From: a bacterium
GTDB lineage: Bacteria; RBG-13-66-14
Direction: 5' to 3'
Length of the DNA stretch: 30,454 nt
Assembly: GCA_026398675.1 (NCBI GenBank)
Contig: JAPLSK010000173.1
Coordinates: forward strand, 1-30,454
The notes under the pieces are model-generated. The model was given only the letters and a program-made list of their open reading frames with translations. It was not told the DNA's origin and searched no databases. Shown in pieces: positions 1 to 8,325 of the stretch; position 1 is the first letter of the stretch, and each line of letters starts with the position of its first letter. Position numbers and translations under genes: made by a program.

Positions 1-1
1 G

Positions 2-1174
2 TGCGTCACGCTCTGCGACCAGCAAGGCTGGGGGGCGCTCCGTCTGGACGAGGAATTGATTCAGGCCCGGTCCGTGGACGAGCCGGGTCTGGCCGGACCG
101 CACTGCACGAGCTGCGGCCAGTGCACCCTGGTCTGCCCCTCCGGCGCCCTGGTGCCCCGCTCGGCGGTGGTACCGGTGGAGTCGGCGCTCATGGACCGGG
201 ACCGTCACTGCGTCGCGGTGCTGGAGCCGACCGCGGCGGCGGCGCTCATGAACGAGATCAAGGTGGACGCCCAGCCCCGGCTGATCGGTACGCTGGCCTC
301 CCTGGGTTTCGCCGGGGTGGTGGATTCCGCCTGGGGGGCGGACGCCTACCTCGGGGAGCTGGCGGACCGGCTGCACCGTGAAAAACCCCGCGCGGCCGTC
401 ATCTCGCCCTGCGAGGCGGTGCGGCGGTACGTCAGGCTCAATCGTCCCGAGCTGGCCGGATGGCTCCCGCCGGAGTCCGGGCCGTCCCAAGCGACCGCCG
501 TCAACTGGCGGCAGAAGGTCTCGCCCGAGCTGGGGCTCGCGCCGGGGCACTGCTATCTGGTGCAGGTGACGACGGGCACGGCCGCCAAGGAGGAGGTCCG
601 GCGCCACTCCGTGGACCGCGAGCGGGGGCTGGACGCCTCCCTCACCGTGCGGGAGCTCACCGGGCTGCTGCGGCGGTTGGGGATGACGCCGGAGACGGCC
701 AAGGCGCGGGGCTTCACCCACCTGCGCGGCTCGCGGCTGGGGACGATGCTCGGGGCGCCGGGGGCGGTGACGGACGGCCTGGCGGTCGTCTGGGCCCAGC
801 GGAGCGGCTCCGCTCCGCCCGCGCCGGGAGGCGGGTTCCTCCCCCCCGAGGAGGAGGAGCGGGAAGTCGAGTTGCCGGGAGGCGGGCCGGTCCGGGTTCT
901 CGTGGCCCACGGCGGGAGGCCGGTGAAAAACGCTCTGGACCGGGCGGTTGAATTGAGCGGGGAGAAGGGAGCGTCACGGGTTTTTCTGGAGCTTTACGCC
1001 TGCCCCGGGGGCTGCCTGGGCGGCGGCGGGATGCACCGGCTGGCCGGACCGGCCGAGCTCCAGCGGCGGTATCAGGCGCTGGTGTACCTGGCCGGCGGCG
1101 CCCAGTGCGATTACCCGCACCAGAACAAGCAACTGCGGCGCTTCCACCCCGAGCTCTTCGAGCCGATTGGGTAG
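2..1174 (+). CDS. [FeFe]-hydrogenase large-subunit-like Fe-S protein, 5' end outside the window, H-cluster motifs degenerate
   Basis: The frame is open from position 2 (CVTLCDQQGWGAL...). It contains a ferredoxin motif CTSCGQCTLVCP and a P3-like motif ELYACPGGCLGGGG. P1-like ISPCEAV and P2-like TTGTAAKEE are degenerate. Ends TAG at 1172-1174. Confidence 0.75.
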   Translation, partial: CVTLCDQQGWGALRLDEELIQARSVDEPGLAGPHCTSCGQCTLVCPSGALVPRSAVVPVESALMDRDRHCVAVLEPTAAAALMNEIKVDAQPRLIGTLASLGFAGVVDSAWGADAYLGELADRLHREKPRAAVISPCEAVRRYVRLNRPELAGWLPPESGPSQATAVNWRQKVSPELGLAPGHCYLVQVTTGTAAKEEVRRHSVDRERGLDASLTVRELTGLLRRLGMTPETAKARGFTHLRGSRLGTMLGAPGAVTDGLAVVWAQRSGSAPPAPGGGFLPPEEEEREVELPGGGPVRVLVAHGGRPVKNALDRAVELSGEKGASRVFLELYACPGGCLGGGGMHRLAGPAELQRRYQALVYLAGGAQCDYPHQNKQLRRFHPELFEPIG

Positions 1175-1176
1175 CG

Positions 1177-1354
1177 TCCCATCCCCCCTTGGGGGGAGGC
1201 TCGCCTACGGGCTGGGGAGGGGGGTTCCTATTCCCCCTCTCCCTTTCAGGGAGAGGGCCGGGGTGAGGGTCGAGGTTGGGAAAGTTTTTCCCTCTCCCCG
1301 TGGGAGCGGCGCGCCGGCGCGCCGACGGGCCGGGGGGAGGGCTGGGGTGAGGGG
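1177..1354. repeat. Three tandem GC-rich palindromic units of the form CCCTCTCCC..GGGAGAGGG + GGGCYGGGG(T)GAGGG
   Basis: Stems: tcccccc-tt-gggggga (1182-1197) and ccctctccct-ttc-agggagaggg (1235-1257). A third unit at 1290-1354 carries the perfect 18-bp palindrome cggcgcgccggcgcgccg (1307-1324). A shared G-rich tail occurs at 1209-1224, 1255-1270 and 1339-1354. Confidence 0.75.
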
Positions 1355-1360
1355 TGCATG

Positions 1361-1394
1361 TCGTAGGGGCCGACCTTCAGGTCGGCCCCTACGA
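1361..1394. repeat. GTAG-tagged REP-like perfect hairpin
   Basis: tcgtaggggccgacc-ttca-ggtcggcccctacga: a perfect 15-bp stem with GTAG/CTAC ends. Confidence 0.75.
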
Positions 1395-1420
1395 GGTTAG
1401 TGCATAATCTTAATCGAACT

Positions 1421-1585
1421 CGTAGGGCGGGGATTCTATCCCCGCCGAGACAGCTAACGGCGGCCCGCAGAGGGGCCGCCCTACGCTGTAATTCTCTGGC
1501 TGGTGCGGCGGTTCAAGCGCCAACAGCCCTGACCTCGTTTTGATGGACGGCGGCCCGTAGAGGATTCGTCCTGCGGGGCCGCCCT
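1421..1585. repeat. Composite GTAG REP-like element (1421-1485) plus a degenerate partial copy (1547-1585)
   Basis: cgtagggcgg (1421) is inverted with ccgccctacg (ending 1485), enclosing internal hairpins ggcggggat-tct-atccccgcc and ggcggccc..gggccgcc. acggcggcccg(c/t)agagg and ggggccgccct recur at 1547-1585. Confidence 0.65.
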
Positions 1586-1622
1586 GTATATCTTTGTCGC
1601 CGGGGAACCCCCGGCGGTTTGA

Positions 1623-1631
1623 TGCTATAAT
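1623..1631 (+). promoter_or_regulatory. Extended -10 promoter element (TGnTATAAT)
   Basis: tgctataat upstream of RBS aaggagg (1642-1648) and ATG 1654. Confidence 0.55.
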
Positions 1632-1653
1632 TGGCGGACCGAAGGAGGTCTAG

Positions 1654-2511
1654 ATGCGCGGAGCGGCCCTTTCCCTTCTGTTCGCCGCCGGATTGGCGGT
1701 CGCCGCCGAGCCCGTGACACTGGCCGTGACGGACTTCCAGCCTTTAGGCGTTTTCCCCGACCAGGCCCAGGCGGTGGCGGAGATTATCCGGACCGAGCTC
1801 GTGGGGCTCCCCGGTGTGCGGGTCATCGAGCGGTCGCAGCTGGCGCGGGTGATCGAGGAGTGGTCTCTCACTACGGCGGGGATGACGGCCGGCGAGGCCG
1901 CCGAGTTGGGCGCGTTGACCGGCGCCGATTACATCGCCGTGGGGTCTCTTTCCGCCTTGGGCGAGACGTACACCCTGGCGGTCCGCCTGGTGGACGTGAA
2001 ATCATCCGAGGCGGTCCTGGGAGAGACGGTGACGGTGGGGACGACGGCCGAGCTCCCCTGGGCCTGCCGGGACCTGGCCAAGGCCCTGGCCGGGGCGATT
2101 GGCGCCGAGTCGGGCGCGGTGCAACCGACGGTCGCGGAACCTGTAGTGGAGCCGACGACGCGCCCGCCCGAGGTCGTCTCGCTCGACTTCTACCGCCACG
2201 GCGATTACTCCGCCCCCGCGGTGGGCTTCATTCAGGCCGAAACCGAGATGGTCGTGTGGGTTCTCAAGCTCGGGCGAGAGAAGGCCGGTCCCGAGGAGGT
2301 CCACGAGGTCACCGTGGTCTGGACCACCCCGGACGGTGAGGTGCGGTGGGAGGAGGTGCGTCCCGCCGTTTTCGACGAGGGGCGGAACTCCCTGCGCGTC
2401 ATCGGGGGCAAGGGCTACACCGAAGCCGGCATCTGGCAGGCCGGTGAGTGGAGCGTGCAGGTGAAGCTCGACGGTGCCGAGGCCGCCTCGGGGGGCTTCA
2501 CCGTGGAGTGA
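1654..2511 (+). CDS. Secreted CsgG/HfaB/FlgO-like domain protein with a C-terminal Ig-like domain
   Basis: Signal peptide (MRGAALSLLFAAGLAVAA). LAVTDF...VRVIERSQLARVIEE...LTGADYIAVGS..RLVDVKS pattern, Pro/Thr/Glu linker, beta-rich C-terminus. Strong RBS. Confidence 0.7.
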   Translation: MRGAALSLLFAAGLAVAAEPVTLAVTDFQPLGVFPDQAQAVAEIIRTELVGLPGVRVIERSQLARVIEEWSLTTAGMTAGEAAELGALTGADYIAVGSLSALGETYTLAVRLVDVKSSEAVLGETVTVGTTAELPWACRDLAKALAGAIGAESGAVQPTVAEPVVEPTTRPPEVVSLDFYRHGDYSAPAVGFIQAETEMVVWVLKLGREKAGPEEVHEVTVVWTTPDGEVRWEEVRPAVFDEGRNSLRVIGGKGYTEAGIWQAGEWSVQVKLDGAEAASGGFTVE

Positions 2512-2548
2512 CATTCCGATGACCGGTCCGGGGGGCCTCCCGTCCGCG

Positions 2549-2557
2549 TGTTATAAT
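2549..2557 (+). promoter_or_regulatory. Extended -10 promoter element for the hut operon
   Basis: tgttataat about 70 nt upstream of the ftcD ATG, with RBS aggagg close to the start. Confidence 0.55.
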
Positions 2558-2626
2558 GCTGATTTGTGGCTGCGTCGTCGCGGAAACCGGCGACGGGAAT
2601 GCTACTGGTGCTAGGAGGGGTCGTAA

Positions 2627-3598
2627 ATGGCGGCGCTGATCGAATGGGTCCCCAACATCAGCGAGGGCCGGCGGGGCGATGTGGTCAAGGCCTGCGTCGA
2701 GCCCTTGAAGTCCATCGAGGGAGTCAAGCTCCTCGACTACTCCTCCGACCCGGATCACAATCGCTCGGTCATCACCTGCGTGGGCGATCCGAAGGGGCTC
2801 AAAGAGGCTACACTGGCTCTCTACGCCAGGGCCGTCGAGCTCATAGACATGAATCAGCACTCGGGCGAGCACTCGCGCATCGGCGCGGTGGACGTCTGCC
2901 CCTACGTTCCGGTGCGCGACGCGCAGATGTCGGACTGCGACGCCCTGGCCAAGGAATGCGCCCGGGCCGTGGCGGAAAAGTTCAATCTGCCGGTGTACCT
3001 CTACCGCGAATCGGCGACGGCCCCGCACCGCCAGAGCCAATCCGACATCCGCAAGGGTGAGTACGAGGGCCTGTCCGCGAAGCTGCGGGATCCCCTGTGG
3101 AAGCCCGATTTCGGTCCGGACAAGCCGCACCCCACTGCCGGCGCGACCATCATAGGTGCCCGGCCCTTCCTCATCGCCTTCAACGTCAACCTGGGAACCA
3201 CCGACGTCGGGATAGGCAAGCGCATCGCCAAGGCCATCCGCGGCTCCTCGGGCGGCTTCATCAACATCCAGGGGGCGGGCTTCTACCTGGAGGACCATGA
3301 GGAGGGTCCCGTCGCCATCAAGAGCTACGACGAGCACGGCGCCATGGTCACCCACCAGGGCTCTTTCGCTCGGAAGACGGGCATGGTCCAAATCTCGATG
3401 AATTTCCTGGACTACACCAAGACCCCGCTCTTCCGCGTCGTGGAGACCATCCGGCGCGAGGCGGCCCGCTACGGCGTCCCCATCATCCAAACCGAGTTGG
3501 TCGGCCTGGCCCCCGCCGACGCCTTCATAGATTCCGCCAAGTGGTACATGCAGGTGGACAACCTGAAAAACACCCAGATAATTGACTTCCAAATCTGA
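2627..3598 (+). CDS. ftcD: Glutamate formiminotransferase
   Basis: LIEWVPNISEGRR, DPDHNRSV, IDMNQHSGEHSRIGAVDVCPYVP, RKGEYEGL, PDFGP, GARPFLIAFNVNL and QISMNFLDY motifs. Confidence 0.93.
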   Translation: MAALIEWVPNISEGRRGDVVKACVEPLKSIEGVKLLDYSSDPDHNRSVITCVGDPKGLKEATLALYARAVELIDMNQHSGEHSRIGAVDVCPYVPVRDAQMSDCDALAKECARAVAEKFNLPVYLYRESATAPHRQSQSDIRKGEYEGLSAKLRDPLWKPDFGPDKPHPTAGATIIGARPFLIAFNVNLGTTDVGIGKRIAKAIRGSSGGFINIQGAGFYLEDHEEGPVAIKSYDEHGAMVTHQGSFARKTGMVQISMNFLDYTKTPLFRVVETIRREAARYGVPIIQTELVGLAPADAFIDSAKWYMQVDNLKNTQIIDFQI

Positions 3599-3602
3599 TT
3601 CC

Positions 3603-4949
3603 ATGAACCCACCCAAGCCACCCTTGGTGACCGTCCGGGACGACGGGTATCCCGACCTGATCGTCCACAACGCCTCGCTGGTCCTGACCTGCGCGGGGAA
3701 GGGACCCCGGCGGGGACCGGAGCAGGACGAGCTCCACGCCGTCCCCGATGGGGCCGTGGCCGTCACCGGCAGCCGGATAACGGCCGTGGGCCCCGTGGCC
3801 GATATCATGCAGATGGGCGGGGCTCCCACCACCCTCCTCGACGCCCGGGGCGGGATGGTGATGCCGGGTATGGTGGACTCCCACACCCACCCGGTGTACG
3901 GAGGTAACCGGGCCGACGAGTTCCTGAAGCGGCTGGCCGGCGCGAGTTACGAGGAGCTGCACGCCGCCGGCGGCGGAATCCAGGCCACCGTGGACGCCAC
4001 CCGGAAGATGCGCGTGGCCGACCTCGTCGAGAGCGCCCGAGGGCGGCTGTGGAACATGTTCTTCGCCGGGGTGACCACCTTCGAGGCCAAGTCGGGCTAC
4101 GGTCTCTCCGTGGCCGGCGAGATGACCGTGCTCCAAGCCATCCACGAGCTCGACGCCGAGGGCCCCTGGGAACTGGTGCCGACCTTCCTCGGCGCCCACG
4201 CCCTGCCCCGAGAGTACGCCGACGACCGCGCGGGTTACGTGGACCTGGTCTGCGAGAAGATGATCCCCAAGGTGGCTGCGCTGGAGCTAGCCGATTTCTG
4301 CGATGTCTTCTGCGAGCGGGGCGCCTTCACCGTGGAGGAGAGCCGCCGCATCCTTCAGGCGGGCCTGGCGCAAGGCCTGGAGCCTAAGGTGCACGCCGAC
4401 GAGCTCTCCCACTCGGGGGGCACCCGGCTCGGGATCGAGCTCGGCGCCCGCAGCGTGGATCACCTTCCCTTCGTGAGCGACGAGGATATAGCGCTCCTGG
4501 GTCAGAGCAAGACCGCGGCCGTCCTTTTGCCCGCGACCACCTTCTTCCTATTCCAGGACCGGTACGCGCCGGGGCGCAGGCTGGTGGATGCCGGGGCCGT
4601 CGTCGCCCTGGCCTCGGACCACAACCCCGGCTCCTCCCACACCCTTTCCATGGGGCGGGTCATCGAGCTCGGGGTGATGCGGTGCGGCCTGACGGTGCGC
4701 GAGGCGCTCAACGCCGTCACGGTGAACGCCGCCTACGCCTTGGGCCGTGAGAAAGAGTTGGGCAGCCTCGAACCGGGCAAGCAGGCCGATCTCATCATCC
4801 TGAACGTGAGCACGCCCGAGGAGCTCATCTACGCCTGGGGCGTCAACCACGTGGTCGCCGTCATCAAGCGGGGTAGGCTGATAGACCGGCGCCGGCAGCC
4901 CAACGACAGCCGGCCCAAGAAACAACGCTTTTCCGACCTGTTCAGTTGA
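3603..4949 (+). CDS. hutI: Imidazolonepropionase
   Basis: PGMVDSHTHPVYGGNRADEF, TTFEAKSGYGL, FLGAHA, DVFCERGAF, KVHADEL and ASDHNPGSS motifs. ATG at 3603 lies 4 nt after the ftcD stop. Confidence 0.93.
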   Translation: MNPPKPPLVTVRDDGYPDLIVHNASLVLTCAGKGPRRGPEQDELHAVPDGAVAVTGSRITAVGPVADIMQMGGAPTTLLDARGGMVMPGMVDSHTHPVYGGNRADEFLKRLAGASYEELHAAGGGIQATVDATRKMRVADLVESARGRLWNMFFAGVTTFEAKSGYGLSVAGEMTVLQAIHELDAEGPWELVPTFLGAHALPREYADDRAGYVDLVCEKMIPKVAALELADFCDVFCERGAFTVEESRRILQAGLAQGLEPKVHADELSHSGGTRLGIELGARSVDHLPFVSDEDIALLGQSKTAAVLLPATTFFLFQDRYAPGRRLVDAGAVVALASDHNPGSSHTLSMGRVIELGVMRCGLTVREALNAVTVNAAYALGREKELGSLEPGKQADLIILNVSTPEELIYAWGVNHVVAVIKRGRLIDRRRQPNDSRPKKQRFSDLFS

Positions 4950-5009
4950 CCGATACCGAGCGGTCTGCGTGGGCGCTCCCCATCCCCCCGTTACGCGAAG
5001 GAGCGACGG

Positions 5010-5633
5010 ATGCTGACGGACCTCACCATCACGGACTTCCTGAAAAAGCTCGGCAGCCAGGAACCGGCCCCTGGGGGAGGTTCCTCGGCGGCTTTGGCGG
5101 CCAGCCTGGGGGCGAACCTCCTCTCCATGGTCTGCCAGTTGACCGCGGGGAAGAAGGGTTACGAGGAGTACTGGGACGAGTGCAAGGGGGAGAACGCCGG
5201 GATTGCCGAGACCGCCGACCGGCTCCGTGTGCTGATTGACGAGGACACCGAGGCGTTCAACGCCCTGATGGCCTCCTTCAAGCTGCCCAAGGAGAGTCCC
5301 GAGGAGATGAAGGCCCGCAATAAGGAGATTCAGAAGTGCACGAAGCGGGCCATCGAGGTGCCCCTCGAGGTGGCCCGGCTGAGCCGCCGCCTTCTCACCA
5401 AGGCGCCCCGGATGGCGCTCATCGGGAACCAGAACGCCATCAGCGACATCGGGGTAGGCGCGCTGCTTTTGACCGTCGGAATAAACGGGGCGATTCTCAA
5501 CGTGGAGATAAACCTCGGCGGAATCAAGGACGAGGGGTTCGTGCGAGAGATGAGGGACGCTATCAAGAACCTCCTCGAGGGGGTTCCCACCGATCTCAAC
5601 GCCGCCATGGCCAAGGTTCACGAGCGGCTCTAG
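5010..5633 (+). CDS. Formiminotetrahydrofolate cyclodeaminase/cyclohydrolase (FTCD C-terminal family)
   Basis: FLKKLGSQEPAPGGGSSAAL, LIDEDTEAFNALM, GNQNAISDIGVGALL and GAILNVEINL motifs. RBS gaaggag. Confidence 0.9.
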   Translation: MLTDLTITDFLKKLGSQEPAPGGGSSAALAASLGANLLSMVCQLTAGKKGYEEYWDECKGENAGIAETADRLRVLIDEDTEAFNALMASFKLPKESPEEMKARNKEIQKCTKRAIEVPLEVARLSRRLLTKAPRMALIGNQNAISDIGVGALLLTVGINGAILNVEINLGGIKDEGFVREMRDAIKNLLEGVPTDLNAAMAKVHERL

Positions 5634-5639
5634 GTCCAG

Positions 5640-6287
5640 TTGCGCGAGCTAATCCTCTTACGACACGCCGAAACGGTGGCCAACGAGCGGGGTATCCTCC
5701 AGGGTCGGACGGACTACCCCCTTTCCGCGCGCGGCGTCCGGCAGGCCCGGGCCCTGGCCAACGTGCTGGTAAATCTCGGCGTTGACGCAGTTTACGCCTC
5801 GCCGGCCGGGAGGGTGGCGGCGACGCTGGCCCCCGCCTTCGAGCGGGGATTTCTACGTCCCGTGATACTCCCCGAGTTGGACGAGATAGACCTGGGAGCG
5901 TCGGCGAACCTGACATACGGCGACTTTCAGGCGCGGTCTCTACCCGAGATAGACCTTGATGTGTACCGCCGGGGAGAGTACCGCTTCCCGGGGGGCGAAT
6001 CCCGTCGGGACCTGTTCGATCGGGCCTCGGTCGCGGCGGAAAAGATTGTCGGCGAGGGGTGGACCCGGGCCCTCGTCGCCGCCCACGGGGGCATCCTCTC
6101 CCAGTTCATCGCCAGGGTTCTGGGCGTCCCTTTCGACGGCTGGGTCAGGTTTAGTCTGGACAACGCCTCCCTCGCCAAGGTCGTTTGGCCCGATGAGCGC
6201 CCCAGCCTCGCTTTTTTCAACGACCGCGAGCATCTTCCCCCCGAGCTCCGCTCGGACCCCTTCCCACCCCTCTTCCCTAAAGGTTGA
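5640..6287 (+). CDS. Histidine phosphatase (phosphoglycerate-mutase-like) family protein
   Basis: LILLRHAET (RHG-like), QGRTDYPLSARGVRQA, YASPAGR, LDEIDLG, FPGGES and VAAHGG motifs. TTG start. Confidence 0.85.
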   Translation: MRELILLRHAETVANERGILQGRTDYPLSARGVRQARALANVLVNLGVDAVYASPAGRVAATLAPAFERGFLRPVILPELDEIDLGASANLTYGDFQARSLPEIDLDVYRRGEYRFPGGESRRDLFDRASVAAEKIVGEGWTRALVAAHGGILSQFIARVLGVPFDGWVRFSLDNASLAKVVWPDERPSLAFFNDREHLPPELRSDPFPPLFPKG

Positions 6288-7645
6288 ACGTGGAGTTCGA
6301 CCGCGGGCAGCTCAAGCGCGATCTCAACCTCTGCACCTGGGAAGGCTGCCTGGCCCAGTTCCACTCCTCCATAGTCGCCGGCGTCGTCCTGACCGGGTTC
6401 GCCATCAAGCTGGGGGCCGACGAGCTTCTGCTCGGCCTTTTGGGCTCCCTGCCCTTTCTGTTCCGGCCCCTCCAGCTCTTCTCGGCCTACCTCATCTCCC
6501 GGGGCGTGCGGCACCGGCCGATTTTCATCTGGACCTCCGTCGTGCACCGGATAACGTGGGTCGTTCCGGCGGTGCTCCTCTTCCTGCCCATGGACTCGGG
6601 CTCCCGCCTCACGCTTCTCCTCTTCACCGCGGCCGTCAGCTACGCCTTTGCGGCGCCCCTGGAAAACGCCTGGGTTTCCTGGTCCGCCGATTTCGTCCCG
6701 GTCACCATCCGGGGGAGGTACTTCGGCACCCGCAACATCTTCACCGGGGCCACGGGGGTCGCGGCCGGTCTGGGCGCCGCGGGGCTCGTGGACCTTTTGG
6801 GTGAGGGCAACCTCGCCCTCGGGCACCTCATCGTTTTCGGCGCCGCGGTGGTGGCCGGCTCCCTGAGCGTCTACCTCCTCTCCATCTACCCGCCCTCCCC
6901 ACGGATGAATCGGAACGAGTTCAACATCTTACAGGGGCTGCGGGACGCCGTGGACAACGACAATCTGCGGCGGTTCCTCTTCGCCCTCGTGTGCTGGAAC
7001 TTCGCCATCGGCATCGGCGGCCCATTCTTTCTGCCACACGCCCTGAACTACCTCCGGTTTTCCTATACCACCATCCAGCTGTACGGCGTCATCGTGACGG
7101 TGGCGGTCCTGGTCACCAACCGGTTCTGGGGCCGGGCGATGGACCGCTTCGGTGCCCGGGCGGTCCTGGCGACCTGCGGGGTCGTGCTGGGTCTCTTCCC
7201 GCTGGTCTGGAGCGCGACCGGACCGGGTTTCAGTTGGCCCGTGTGGCCCGAGGCTGTCCTGTCGGGGGCGTTCTGGTCGGCGATGAACCTGGCGGTCTTC
7301 GCCGCTCCACTGGCCATCGCGACGAAGAAGAGCCGTCCCTACGCTATCGCCCTGGTGGCGGTGCTCTCCGGCCTGGCGTATTTCGGAGGTTCGATGACGG
7401 GCGGCGCCGTGGCGAAGGTGATCGGCGGCACCGTGCCCCTCGCCGGCGGCTGGCCCACCGGGTATCAGCTCGTCTTCGTCATCTCCGGCGTTCTTCGCGT
7501 GGCGGCGGCCCTCCTCTTCCTGCGGATGAGCAAGAGGACGGATAGCTACGTCCAACCACTGGTGTCCCATTTGGGGGAGACCGGGTTCAAGCGTCCGGTC
7601 AACTGGATTCGCGGTCTTTTCCGCCTAAATTCAGGGCGCGGTTGA
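6284..7645 (+). CDS. MFS transporter
   Basis: Roughly 12 hydrophobic segments, with WGRAMDRFGAR (MFS motif A-like) and RGRYFG. Overlaps the upstream stop by 4 nt. Confidence 0.85.
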   Translation: MNVEFDRGQLKRDLNLCTWEGCLAQFHSSIVAGVVLTGFAIKLGADELLLGLLGSLPFLFRPLQLFSAYLISRGVRHRPIFIWTSVVHRITWVVPAVLLFLPMDSGSRLTLLLFTAAVSYAFAAPLENAWVSWSADFVPVTIRGRYFGTRNIFTGATGVAAGLGAAGLVDLLGEGNLALGHLIVFGAAVVAGSLSVYLLSIYPPSPRMNRNEFNILQGLRDAVDNDNLRRFLFALVCWNFAIGIGGPFFLPHALNYLRFSYTTIQLYGVIVTVAVLVTNRFWGRAMDRFGARAVLATCGVVLGLFPLVWSATGPGFSWPVWPEAVLSGAFWSAMNLAVFAAPLAIATKKSRPYAIALVAVLSGLAYFGGSMTGGAVAKVIGGTVPLAGGWPTGYQLVFVISGVLRVAAALLFLRMSKRTDSYVQPLVSHLGETGFKRPVNWIRGLFRLNSGRG

Positions 7646-7860
7646 CGGTGTACGTTCGGGCCGTCATCGCCTGTCTCGCAGCCTTCTGGATTGTCACGGA
7701 GGGTGTTATTGCACTGGTTGCCGGACGGGCGCCGGTTTTCCTGCAGCAGGAGCTGGACTGGCTCCAATACGTCCTGTTGCTCGTGCTCGTCGGCCTTTTG
7801 ACCTGGGCCGCGGTGAGACGCTGCCTCGCCGGTCGGCGGGACAAGGGGGCGGGGAACTGA
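7642..7860 (+). CDS. Small two-helix membrane protein (72 aa)
   Basis: TTG start overlaps the MFS stop. Two hydrophobic segments followed by a basic C-terminus. Confidence 0.5.
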   Translation: MTVYVRAVIACLAAFWIVTEGVIALVAGRAPVFLQQELDWLQYVLLLVLVGLLTWAAVRRCLAGRRDKGAGN

Positions 7861-7896
7861 AGATTACGGTCCAGCCGTCGCGGGAAAGCCCCGCGC

Positions 7897-7925
7897 TTGA
7901 CGCGGGAGTAAATTGCGGCTATATT
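7897..7925 (+). promoter_or_regulatory. Sigma70-type promoter of ssrA
   Basis: TTGACG-N17-TATATT, ending 12 nt before the mature tmRNA 5' end. Confidence 0.75.
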
Positions 7926-7937
7926 GTACCTGCCCTT

Positions 7938-8318
7938 GGGGGCGATTCGGGTTCGACGGTGGTCGTTCGAACGTCGGTTGCATGCCGAGGTCGCCGCAGG
8001 CCTCGTAAAAAAGGCGGCAAACCAACAAACGCCGATTACGATATGGCGTTGGCCGCTTAAGCTTCCGTTTCGGATAGCTTAGGCACGTAAGGCCCGTCCC
8101 CCGCGGCTTCGGCCCATCGGGCCGCGGTGTGGGCGTGAAACTGGTGGGCGTCGAGCCCGGGGTGGCCTTCTTCCCCTGGGGGAGACTATTTAGAAGGGGC
8201 TAGTTTCGGGTGGAGGTCGCCGTCGCCCTGCCCGCGGCGAATGTTAAGTACGGCTAAGCATGTAGAGCTGTCGCAAGAGCATCATCGGACGGGGGTTCGA
8301 TTCCCCCCGCCTCCACCA
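7938..8318 (+). ncRNA. ssrA: tmRNA; inferred tag ORF 8031-8060 encoding ADYDMALAA
   Basis: 5' GGGGGCG pairs with 3' CGCCTCC-A-CCA including G3:U. T-arm GGGGGTTCGATTCCCCC. Tag frame GCC GAT TAC GAT ATG GCG TTG GCC GCT TAA. Length 381 nt. Confidence 0.95.
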
Positions 8319-8325
8319 ATGAAAG

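Noticed and set aside
1177-1585. CRISPR array
   Set aside because: The units differ in length and sequence, have no regular repeat-spacer period and no cas genes are nearby. They fit REP-like palindromes better.
2558-2626. HutP-type antitermination leader before ftcD
   Set aside because: There is one GAAA-capped hairpin but no U-tailed terminator and no clustered NAG repeats.
2498-3886. Long antisense or alternate-frame ORFs (e.g. 2498-3886 -, 4548-5621 -, 14433-15578 +, 23062-23934 +, 24367-25521 +, 27548-28534 +)
   Set aside because: They are shadows of well-supported genes, expected from high GC and codon bias, and show no family motifs or RBS.
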